Virus record (IMG/VR): IMGVR_UViG_3300045589_000097
Coordinates: 1 to 37,199 of that record
Reading direction: 5' to 3' (one strand)
DNA length: 37,199 nt
Source of the DNA: a virus
Position 1 is the first letter of the stretch, and the number at the start of each line of letters is the position of its first letter. The notes below the pieces were generated by a model that did not search any database, had not been told where the DNA came from, and was given only the letters and a program-made list of their open reading frames with translations. This document shows, piece after piece, positions 1 to 6,180 of this stretch. The position numbers and the translations under genes were made by a program.

Positions 1-35
1 TAGAGAGCTTCTTGTGTTTGTCGCCAAAGGGTCGT
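1..35. repeat. Terminal direct repeat, identical to 37165-37199 (closure overlap of a circular molecule; unique length 37,164 bp)
   Basis: tagagagcttcttgtgtttgtcgccaaagggtcgt occurs at both window ends. An ORF reads in frame across the junction. Confidence 0.9.
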
Positions 36-386
36 TCGGTCAACATGCAAGTGAGCGGCTAACTGAAGGCTGGATTTACGTGTCGTCTTTGGAGTCAGAT
101 AGCTCTCAACTAAAATGATCCGGTAGTTTTCATTCTCTAGAGATTCAATGGCACCTTCACAGCACGCTATATAGTACAGCTCGTCAGCGTGCGATACGAG
201 CTTGTCCTCGGCTTTGTTGCCATAGCTGGGTGACTTTGGCATGCCGTCCATCACGGGGCTTCTGAGCGCTATTTTGGTACGTTGAGCGAGCCGCTTGTGA
301 TGCCAGTAGTTCCCCAAGACCTCTTTGGCGTTTTCAATTGTTTTGTCATGATCAATTGGGCTAAAATATCTCGTTGCTCGCACCAC
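1..386 (-). CDS. arpU: ArpU-family phage late transcriptional regulator, 5' portion (continues 37164->37107; 147 aa in total)
   Basis: GTG at 386 lies 8 nt after AAGGAG. Reading 386->1 then 37164->37107 gives one 444-nt frame ending in TGA. The product (YFSPIDHDKTIENAKEVLGNYWHHKRL ... LQLAAHLHVDRTTLWRQ) has ArpU-like layout and the usual position ahead of the packaging genes. Confidence 0.65.
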   Translation of the reverse strand, partial: MVRATRYFSPIDHDKTIENAKEVLGNYWHHKRLAQRTKIALRSPVMDGMPKSPSYGNKAEDKLVSHADELYYIACCEGAIESLENENYRIILVESYLTPKTTRKSSLQLAAHLHVDRTTLWRQTQEAL

Positions 387-401
387 TGCGTCCACTCCTT
401 A

Positions 402-466
402 TGGTATAATTAAATTTGTAAAAGTTTGGGGAAACGGCGTGCCGTAATGGTGCGCTTTTGTTTTTT
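402..466 (+). ncRNA. Candidate small-RNA unit A1 (extended -10 promoter plus intrinsic terminator)
   Basis: TGgTATAAT at 402-410. Hairpin GCGTGCC 437-443 / GGTGCGC 449-455, followed by T-run 456-466. Contains GTTTGGGGAAAC at 424-435. Confidence 0.35.
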
Positions 467-467
467 G

Positions 468-536
468 TGATATACTTGCTGTTCAAATAATTCGATTTGA
501 TAGACTGAGTCGTCCTGTTAATCCGGGGCGACTTTT
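468..536 (+). ncRNA. Candidate small-RNA unit A2
   Basis: TGaTATACT at 468-476, directly after the A1 T-run. Hairpin GTCGTCC 509-515 / GGGCGAC 526-532, then TTTT 533-536. Confidence 0.35.
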
Positions 537-641
537 GCTATACTACCTTTGGAGATGCTTTCTTATGCGTGTTAACCTTATAAGTTGGGGAACAATCTGA
601 TTCAAGCATCTCCCGCGCGTTGCTTATGTGACGCGCTTTTT
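536..641 (+). ncRNA. Candidate small-RNA unit A3
   Basis: TGcTATACT at 536-544. Perfect 10-bp long-range helix GGAGATGCTT 551-560 / AAGCATCTCC 604-613. Terminator GCGCGT 615-620 / ACGCGC 631-636 plus T-run 637-641. Confidence 0.4.
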
Positions 642-739
642 GGTATACTGTATACGGAGGCCAAATCCTAATCTTTTATTTAATTCACTCTCAATCGTAC
701 GTCTGGCCTCCGGCGCGTCCTTCACCAGACGCGCTTTTT
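620..739 (+). ncRNA. Candidate small-RNA unit A4
   Basis: -35 TTGCTT 620-625, 18-nt spacer, TGgTATACT 641-649. Helix GGAGGCCA 656-663 / TGGCCTCC 704-711. Terminator GCGCGTC 713-719 / GACGCGC 728-734 plus T-run 735-739. Confidence 0.4.
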
Positions 740-747
740 GTTTACAA

Positions 748-828
748 TCATTTTCCTCTTTTCCAGTTAGCCCACGCCCAAATTGCAGCACCTGAGATGA
801 GCAATATAACGGCAATCATATGTTTCAT
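748..828 (-). CDS. Small hydrophobic peptide (26 aa, MKHMIAVILLISGAAIWAWANWKRGK)
   Basis: The ATG overlaps the TGA of the upstream gene (ATGA coupling). One predicted TM segment. It is the last ORF of the early operon. Confidence 0.3.
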   Translation of the reverse strand: MKHMIAVILLISGAAIWAWANWKRGK

Positions 829-1007
829 TGCCGATCCTCTCTGATTGCATCCGAAATGTCCCAAAGTGCAAACAAGACTGCTAGCAGTGTCAAGCCAGTA
901 AATGTTTTGTAAGCTCCAAAATTCATATATTTTGCAGGTAAAAATGAAGACGCCAGAGCTAATGTGAAACCAAGCCATGACATGAAACGGTAAGGCCCAT
1001 ATTTCAT
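825..1007 (-). CDS. Small membrane protein (60 aa, about 2 TM)
   Basis: ORF-track ORF, hydrophobic, in the gene-packed minus-strand operon. Confidence 0.5.
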   Translation of the reverse strand: MKYGPYRFMSWLGFTLALASSFLPAKYMNFGAYKTFTGLTLLAVLFALWDISDAIREDRQ

Positions 1008-1056
1008 TGTTTTCCCTCCAGTAGCTCCGGATTCTCCCTGAACTTAATCTCTCGTT

Positions 1057-1239
1057 TCATTTCTCCGCCTCCTCATACATCACTAGCGCAAACAGCATTG
1101 GGACACCATCAGCACCACGTGTTGGCTGGAACTTAATATCAACAATGTTTTTACCTTTTATGAATTCGTTTATTTCTCTTTCAAATTCAGAGCTTGTACA
1201 GGTGTCATTCCAAATATATCTAACTTTCATCTTCGCCAT
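1057..1239 (-). CDS. Hypothetical small protein (60 aa), resembles Cse60/DUF2758-type proteins (recalled, uncertain)
   Basis: ORF-track ORF preceded by GGAGATGG. Sequence MAKMKVRYIWNDT...IVDIKFQ...LFALVMYEE. Confidence 0.5.
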   Translation of the reverse strand: MAKMKVRYIWNDTCTSSEFEREINEFIKGKNIVDIKFQPTRGADGVPMLFALVMYEEAEK

Positions 1240-1288
1240 CTCCTAATCGAATACCGACTACACCTGCGAATAAGTCTAGAAATTTCAT
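1220..1288 (-). pseudogene. Remnant of the N-terminus of a cytosine-5 DNA methyltransferase (22 codons)
   Basis: Translates to MKFLDLFAGVVGIRLGDGEDES*. FLDLFAGxxGxRL matches C5-MTase motif I (DLFAGxGGxRL) with the GG degraded. The frame stops inside the next gene's start region. Confidence 0.3.
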
Positions 1289-1296
1289 GCGACCGT

Positions 1297-1668
1297 TCAC
1301 TCCTTCACCTCCAATTTCACGATTTCTCCGGTTTCCTCCACGCGCCAGACACCTAGCAACCATGCAAGGGCAAAAGTGTCAGCATCAAAAGCTATCCACG
1401 CCAAAGCGCCTGTTACTACGGTTCGTGTGATGCCTAGGTCTCTTACCATTCCAAGAACATCAACAAGATCACGATGGTACTTCCGCAATTCTTTGATATA
1501 ATCACCAACCATTTTCGGAATCATCGGCAGATCATCTGGCAAGGCGGCATCATAACGTTTCTTGTACCCATCCAGTGTTTCCCTAGGCCAACCATTGAAG
1601 AACACTTGATAGCCAGCAAGACGGTTCCAAACCGCCTCAAACACGTCCCGCTTCGTCTCATTGCTCAT
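1297..1668 (-). CDS. Hypothetical early protein (123 aa)
   Basis: ORF-track ORF. RBS GAGGTGA lies upstream of the ATG at 1668. Confidence 0.7.
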   Translation of the reverse strand: MSNETKRDVFEAVWNRLAGYQVFFNGWPRETLDGYKKRYDAALPDDLPMIPKMVGDYIKELRKYHRDLVDVLGMVRDLGITRTVVTGALAWIAFDADTFALAWLLGVWRVEETGEIVKLEVKE

Positions 1669-1834
1669 CGTCAGTCACCTCTAACTGTTCCTTGTTGTAA
1701 TCGATGATACGTTTATAGTTGTTGTTCGCCTGCCAGGCGCAATCATACAGACCACACAGATCAAGTTTGTTGATTGCATTGTTAGCGGCATCGATGGCCT
1801 TTTGCGCAGCGTCTATGTCAGCTTTAGTCGTCAT
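1658..1834 (-). CDS. Hypothetical small protein (58 aa, MTTKADIDAAQKAIDAANNAINKL...)
   Basis: Below the ORF-track cutoff. ATG at 1834 is preceded by GAGGTGA. It overlaps both neighbours by a few nt, which suggests translational coupling. Confidence 0.5.
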   Translation of the reverse strand: MTTKADIDAAQKAIDAANNAINKLDLCGLYDCAWQANNNYKRIIDYNKEQLEVTDDEQ

Positions 1835-2369
1835 CGTCAGTCACCTCTTCTTTTTCGCAGTCTTGCAAGCTGTAATGCTCAATCTCTGCTTCGGTGAACT
1901 GAGCCAATGAATCACTTTGGGCTTTGCTATGAAGAAACCATGCTACGGTTCCGGGATGAACCGTAGATCGGTATGCTTGAGCAAAATACTCATGCTTCTT
2001 CTTATCGACAAGCACTTTGTAGACCAGATACTTCTTCTTCACGGTGAAGCCGTTGACGTAAGCATTCATCAGCAGCTCTTCGTCATCATCAGAATTACCA
2101 GTATTATCAGTAATATACTTTGCTGGCCGCGTATAATCGTGTGCACGTTCAACGATTTTGGCTTGTTCCTTGCTCAACAATACCTTTTCAGGCTCCTCAA
2201 CGAGCGTGACAACGTGGCCGCCATGATCACTAACTACGTCTTTAGCATCTTCCTCTTCAGCCGTGGTCGGGCAAGATGCGAAGGTTAATTCAAAGAAGCC
2301 ATCTCGATCTGCAAAGTCCCAGTATTTGCCTTCATCGTTCTTAACCGCGTACAGCTTTTCTTCGCTCAT
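1824..2369 (-). CDS. Hypothetical acidic early protein (181 aa)
   Basis: ORF-track ORF. Its start overlaps the stop of the upstream gene. Confidence 0.7.
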   Translation of the reverse strand: MSEEKLYAVKNDEGKYWDFADRDGFFELTFASCPTTAEEEDAKDVVSDHGGHVVTLVEEPEKVLLSKEQAKIVERAHDYTRPAKYITDNTGNSDDDEELLMNAYVNGFTVKKKYLVYKVLVDKKKHEYFAQAYRSTVHPGTVAWFLHSKAQSDSLAQFTEAEIEHYSLQDCEKEEVTDDDD

Positions 2370-2551
2370 TTTTCGTCCTCCACTTTCTTGATAATCAGTG
2401 GTTCCGGAATATCTACCTTAATGTCATCGCCACGGGTGTTGTGCGATTCCGTGTGCTTGGCCATGTTCTCGTTTATCCATCGGATACACTGAGATTGATA
2501 CTTGGCTCGATAATACTCGGTTTCTGTGTTTAATCCTGCTACTACGTACAT
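2366..2551 (-). CDS. Hypothetical protein (61 aa)
   Basis: ATG at 2551 (MYVVAGLN...) lies 7 nt after GAGAGG. The longer ORF-track start would overlap the upstream gene. Confidence 0.55.
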   Translation of the reverse strand: MYVVAGLNTETEYYRAKYQSQCIRWINENMAKHTESHNTRGDDIKVDIPEPLIIKKVEDEK

Positions 2552-2562
2552 TTGTGTGCCTC

Positions 2563-3027
2563 TCATTTCGCGCTGACTGACTTCACAGCCTGATCTGAAT
2601 AGTCCTTGATGCTCTGCGCGTCTTTGATTGCCTGTGATAATTCATTGTTTGCCTGTTTGGCGGCTTCTAACTGTGATGTAAGGTCGTTGATTGTCTGTTG
2701 CTTAGCATCGACCTCAGCCTGTTTCTGGGCAACTGCTTGCTGGCCTTCAACGATCTTTTGCTGAATCTGGGCATCTTTGTTTGCCATGTCGTTTCCATAT
2801 TGCTGTTTTAGGGCCGCATACTGTGCCTGCGCGTCAGACAACTGATGTTGCAAATCGGACAAGCTAGATTTTGAAGCGTGAATCTTAGCCGTCAGCTTGT
2901 CGATATTGTTTTTGGTCTCCACGATGTTCTGGTGACCTTGCCAAACATTGTCGGCAATGGTGGTTGCACCGGCCCCAAACATAAGTCCTGCTAAAACAGT
3001 TACTGTAAATGTCAATTTTTTATTCAT
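2563..3027 (-). CDS. Secreted or membrane-anchored Q/A-rich coiled-coil protein (154 aa)
   Basis: N-terminal signal/anchor MNKKLTFTVTVLAGLMFGAGATTIA, followed by heptad-like Q/A/K-rich sequence. RBS AAGGAGAAAAAATC lies before the ATG. Confidence 0.7.
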   Translation of the reverse strand: MNKKLTFTVTVLAGLMFGAGATTIADNVWQGHQNIVETKNNIDKLTAKIHASKSSLSDLQHQLSDAQAQYAALKQQYGNDMANKDAQIQQKIVEGQQAVAQKQAEVDAKQQTINDLTSQLEAAKQANNELSQAIKDAQSIKDYSDQAVKSVSAK

Positions 3028-3039
3028 GATTTTTTCTCC

Positions 3040-3405
3040 TTAATCGATCTCTTCGACTTCAACTCTCGGATTAGCTTTGTCAATAAAGAACCGATCTCGC
3101 AGTTCTACAATGTGATCCCAGTTGTCGTTTTCTAAAAATTCAGCCTTTTGCATGCCGTCGAAGATAAACTTGTGCTGAAACGCGATGTTGTCCGGGTCTG
3201 TTCGCTTGTCATACCAGTACCAGTCGAAACTTAGAGGTTTTCCCCATTGAAATTTCACGCCCTGATTCATCGCTTTTCTAACAGCCAACATTACCGTTTC
3301 CGTTGCTTGTTTCTTGACTTTTGCTCCGCCGAACATATTGCCTCGTTCAACCTTGATGTACTGATTAAGAGTCATGAGGGGCAATGGAATAATGATCCTG
3401 TTCAC
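3040..3405 (-). CDS. rusA: RusA-family Holliday junction resolvase (121 aa)
   Basis: Size, position after the replication genes, and the RTDPDNIAFQHKFIFDGM...ENDN acidic motif pattern are typical of RusA. Confidence 0.6.
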   Translation of the reverse strand: MNRIIIPLPLMTLNQYIKVERGNMFGGAKVKKQATETVMLAVRKAMNQGVKFQWGKPLSFDWYWYDKRTDPDNIAFQHKFIFDGMQKAEFLENDNWDHIVELRDRFFIDKANPRVEVEEID

Positions 3406-3656
3406 GCTGGTTTCACGTCCTTCAGATAGTATTGATGTTGCTTGCCATCAACCATTTCAACCGTTGTGATTAGCTCTTTGGGTGCCTTGCCATCAAAAGC
3501 AACTGGCTTGTTGATGTCTTGACGTTCACCTCTGGCGTTGTATCGCTCGATTCTGATGATTCGTGCCACACCGCCAATATCACGCACGCCCATGAATACT
3601 CGATCAGGAACCATAACCAGATCACCAACCATCATTTTCGTTTTAATTGCTTGCAT
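3402..3656 (-). CDS. Hypothetical protein (84 aa)
   Basis: ATG at 3656 lies 8 nt after AGGAGGAA. The upstream part of the ORF-track frame lacks an RBS. Confidence 0.6.
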   Translation of the reverse strand: MQAIKTKMMVGDLVMVPDRVFMGVRDIGGVARIIRIERYNARGERQDINKPVAFDGKAPKELITTVEMVDGKQHQYYLKDVKPA

Positions 3657-3702
3657 TTGAAGATTCCTCCTGTAGTTTCTTGTATTATTCCTCGCTAAAT
3701 AT

Positions 3703-4152
3703 CTAACGACTCGCAATCTCTTCATGGCCGTTGTTGCGGCGGGGCAACTTGATATCAAACTCGCTTGCCACTCGTCTCACGAACGTTGTTGACTTCCCGA
3801 TCTGTTTTGCAACCTCTGTTAGTGTTTTGCTCTTGCTTGCCGCCTCAGAAACTTGTACTGCATACTTCTTACGGTTAGCTTCCCCGCGTTTGTTTACAGC
3901 CTTGATGCTGCTGATCAGTGCGACTGAAGGCATATCTCGATTATCAACACCGGCTACCGCACGTTTCTCGACAATCGCTTTCTTTGATACAACGATCCGG
4001 TTGTTGAACGCTTGCTTTTCGATTTTTGAGAATGCTTCGCTTTCAGAAATGCCTAGCATTGCTGCATTTTCGTAGCGCGTAATCAATTCAGCTTTGAAGT
4101 CGCGCCACACTTTGTCGCCTTGCTTGTATAAACGGACTGTTACTTGTGTCAT
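3703..4152 (-). CDS. Hypothetical protein with a C-terminal HTH-like segment (149 aa)
   Basis: RBS AAGGAGAG before the ATG at 4152. C-terminus contains KTLTEVAKQIGKSTTFVRRVASEF. Confidence 0.65.
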   Translation of the reverse strand: MTQVTVRLYKQGDKVWRDFKAELITRYENAAMLGISESEAFSKIEKQAFNNRIVVSKKAIVEKRAVAGVDNRDMPSVALISSIKAVNKRGEANRKKYAVQVSEAASKSKTLTEVAKQIGKSTTFVRRVASEFDIKLPRRNNGHEEIASR

Positions 4153-4364
4153 GCTTTCTTCTCTCCTTGCTTATCAGGCCTCAGTTCGTCAAGGCTAACG
4201 CCTAGAGCGTCTGCAATTCGTATCATCGTTGAAAATGACGGATCTTTGATGCCACCGGATCTAATCATGTATAAAGTTGATGGGTTGTTGTATCCTGCTA
4301 AATCAGCTAATTCTGGGATGCTAATTGATCGATCATCTAAAATCTTTTGAACAGAATCCCACAT
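4149..4364 (-). CDS. XRE-family HTH DNA-binding protein (71 aa)
   Basis: ISIPELADLAGYNNPSTLYMIRSG...IRIADALGVSLDEL is a classic HTH_3 pattern. RBS GAGGTGA. It is the first gene after a 117-bp divergent control region. Confidence 0.7.
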   Translation of the reverse strand: MWDSVQKILDDRSISIPELADLAGYNNPSTLYMIRSGGIKDPSFSTMIRIADALGVSLDELRPDKQGEKKA

Positions 4365-4398
4365 ATTGTGTCACCTCTATATGTTTAAGTACAGCATG

Positions 4399-4427
4399 TT
4401 GTATGGCGCATGCATTTTTGATATACT
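4399..4427 (+). promoter_or_regulatory. Sigma-A-like promoter for the plus-strand islet
   Basis: TTGTAT 4399-4404, 17-nt spacer, TGaTATACT (-10 at 4422-4427). It is followed by the inverted repeat TTACAGG 4432-4438 / CCTGTAA 4451-4457, a possible operator. Confidence 0.45.
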
Positions 4428-4481
4428 AAATTTACAGGCTACTGTAATGACCTGTAATAAATTAGATGGGGGGGACTATTG

Positions 4482-4601
4482 ATGGCAAAAACGAAAACTA
4501 GTGTTCGCGGAACCCCAACTAAGAAGATCGTTGTTGTAAAACCGTACACTAAGTCAAACGGAACTCGTGTCGGCGGTCACCGGCGTTCAACGCCAAACTA
4601 A
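4482..4601 (+). CDS. Small highly basic protein (39 aa, MAKTKTSVRGTPTKKIVVVKPYTKSNGTRVGGHRRSTPN)
   Basis: ATG at 4482 lies 7 nt after GGGGGGA. It has its own promoter and terminator. Below the ORF-track cutoff. Confidence 0.4.
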   Translation: MAKTKTSVRGTPTKKIVVVKPYTKSNGTRVGGHRRSTPN

Positions 4602-4624
4602 TCTTCAACAGTCTTTAGAATCTC

Positions 4625-4665
4625 CTCCTTCAGGGTATAAGGTTTCCCTGAGGGAGATTTTATTT
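4625..4665 (+). terminator. Intrinsic terminator or attenuator between the small basic ORF and the DUF2513-like gene
   Basis: Stem CTTCAGGG 4628-4635 / CCCTGAGG 4646-4653 (extendable), 10-nt loop, then TTTTATTT. Confidence 0.5.
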
Positions 4666-4692
4666 ACTAACAACGAAAGGAAATTGAAAATC

Positions 4693-5073
4693 ATGAAACT
4701 CAATCCAGACTGTTTACGTGATGTGCTTTTAGTTGTGGAAACCAATGCCTCTACCAGCCAATGGGTAGAAGCAAAAACACTTTTAGATGATCCTAGAATG
4801 AGCTCTTATTCTTACGAAGAGATCGCTTACCATGTACGCCAAGCAAATTGGGCAGGACTTTTAGCTGAAGTTAATTGGTTTATGGACGAAGGGTTTCTAA
4901 TCAAAGACTTGACGCCTAGTGGGCACCAGTTCTTGGCGGACATTCGTGAAGACACCAACTGGAATAAAGTGAAGTCTATTTTGAAAAAAGTTGGTTCGTT
5001 TTCAATTTCTGCGATTACTCAGGCTGCTGCTGGCGTGGTTCAGGCTGATATACAGAAACATCTAGGCCTCTGA
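4693..5073 (+). CDS. DUF2513-like winged-helix protein (126 aa)
   Basis: MKLNPDCLRDVLLVVE...YSYEEIAYHVRQANWAGLL...LTPSGHQFLADIRED matches my recollection of the DUF2513 family. Opposite orientation to the surrounding operons. Confidence 0.6.
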   Translation: MKLNPDCLRDVLLVVETNASTSQWVEAKTLLDDPRMSSYSYEEIAYHVRQANWAGLLAEVNWFMDEGFLIKDLTPSGHQFLADIREDTNWNKVKSILKKVGSFSISAITQAAAGVVQADIQKHLGL

Positions 5074-5203
5074 CAGGAACTAACCACTTCATTTCAACCT
5101 CTACAGGGTCATTCGCCTCAGCTTTGAAGTGGATCTTTTCAACCTGTCCAACCTCAATGCCATTCACAAAAACTTTGCCGTTTTGAATTCGTAGGCTATT
5201 CAT
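5015..5203 (-). CDS. Hypothetical small protein (62 aa)
   Basis: ATGA overlap with the stop of the replication gene. RBS AGAGGA. Its 3' end overlaps the convergent gene 4693-5073. Confidence 0.5.
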   Translation of the reverse strand: MNSLRIQNGKVFVNGIEVGQVEKIHFKAEANDPVEVEMKWLVPVRGLDVSVYQPEPRQQQPE

Positions 5204-6177
5204 TTCGAGTCCTCTTTCTTTCCAAGTGCCTTTAACTGCTCCATCTGCTCGGCTAGTTTAGCTCTGTCTTCCTCAGATACTTTTTTATGCTTGGGCTTGT
5301 AACCGTCCTGCGCCCAGACTGGTAGTTTCTCATTTCGAACTGGATTGCCGTAACGGCGCTGAGGCTGATTAGTTTTGCGTTCACTATCGTTTGCTTCGAC
5401 AGCAGCAACCGTGAGAAGACGCTTGCTTTCCCAGTTTTTCAATATGCCGTTGACGTACTTGTAGTTTCTGACATTGCTTTCAACCGCAGTCCGCAGCGCA
5501 TTTAGGACTAGCTTCTCAGGTTCAGGTGATCCTGCTTTTCGCATGTCAGCAACCCAATCAACAAGGCTTTCTCTGGTGAACGGTGACAGTTGTCCAAACC
5601 CGTTTCCTTCCCAGAAATTGCAAATATCAAGAATTGATGATGACGACGATGACGGTTCTTCAGCAGGCCTCTCTGCTGCCTTGACTGGAGCAGTAGTCTG
5701 TTGTCGTTTAGTTTTGTCTAGTTTAGTCTCGTCTTGTTTAGTGTATGTGCTACTGTGTTGCCTACTAGGTTGTAAACTACCTTGTAAACTGTGTTGCCTA
5801 CTAGGTTGCCTACTGTGTTGCCTACTATTTGACACACTGTCATCATCTTGACCACTAGGTTGCCTACTATCTGACGTACTAAGTTTTCGTGAAATATCGA
5901 TGACTGAGTAGGTCGTTGCCTTAACACCGTTAGTTTGAAAATCTATCAGCCCTGACTGCTTTAGCGCGTTACGGGATTTGACGATGCCCTGACGGCTTAA
6001 ACCAGTCAACGTTTCAAGTGTTCGATTCGGCATATTGAATTCGCTTGGCCAGCCTAGCTGGTTACATTGGTAAACCAGCCCATGCCATAATGCTATCTGT
6101 CCTGTGCTTAGCGGATTAACGCTTTGCTGAATGTAGAACTCTCGAATTAGCTTGAATAAATCCATGCGGTGAGTCAC
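5200..6177 (-). CDS. Replication initiation protein with a C-terminal DnaD/DnaB_2-type domain (325 aa)
   Basis: N-terminal winged-helix-like region, central SRQ/low-complexity repeat, and C-terminal FWEGNGFGQLSPF...NYKYVNGILKNWESKRL typical of DnaD-domain phage replication proteins. Confidence 0.75.
   Translation of the reverse strand: MTHRMDLFKLIREFYIQQSVNPLSTGQIALWHGLVYQCNQLGWPSEFNMPNRTLETLTGLSRQGIVKSRNALKQSGLIDFQTNGVKATTYSVIDISRKLSTSDSRQPSGQDDDSVSNSRQHSRQPSRQHSLQGSLQPSRQHSSTYTKQDETKLDKTKRQQTTAPVKAAERPAEEPSSSSSSILDICNFWEGNGFGQLSPFTRESLVDWVADMRKAGSPEPEKLVLNALRTAVESNVRNYKYVNGILKNWESKRLLTVAAVEANDSERKTNQPQRRYGNPVRNEKLPVWAQDGYKPKHKKVSEEDRAKLAEQMEQLKALGKKEDSK
5706..5868. repeat. Iteron cluster (putative phage replication origin) inside the replication gene
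   Basis: GTTTAGT x3 (5706, 5721, 5736; 15-bp spacing). TTGTAAACT x2 (5770, 5782). GTTGCCTACT x5 (5757, 5793, 5805, 5817, 5859). Confidence 0.5.
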
Positions 6178-6180
6178 CTC

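Noticed and set aside
402-739. Interpreting the tandem units (here and at 36242-36717) as a CRISPR array or a toxIN-like repeat array
   Set aside because: The units share architecture and some stems but are not near-identical direct repeats, have variable length, and each has its own promoter and terminator. No cas or toxin gene is adjacent.
624-978. ORF-track ORFs 624-815 and 748-978 (minus)
   Set aside because: ORF 624-815 spans terminator hairpins with no RBS. ORF 748-978 is an alternative frame of the better-supported gene 825-1007. Only its last 26 codons (748-828) have a coupled ATG.
1004-1060. 18-codon micro-ORF (MKREIKFRENPELLEGKQ) bridging two small genes with ATGA/AATGA overlaps
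   Set aside because: It is too short to support without data. It may only reflect translational coupling.
5474-5927. ORFs 5474-5851 (+) and 5718-5927 (-) over the iteron region
   Set aside because: These are artefacts of the repetitive, low-complexity DNA inside the replication gene. The repeat-driven frames (CCLLGC..., VGNLVGNTV...) are not credible proteins.
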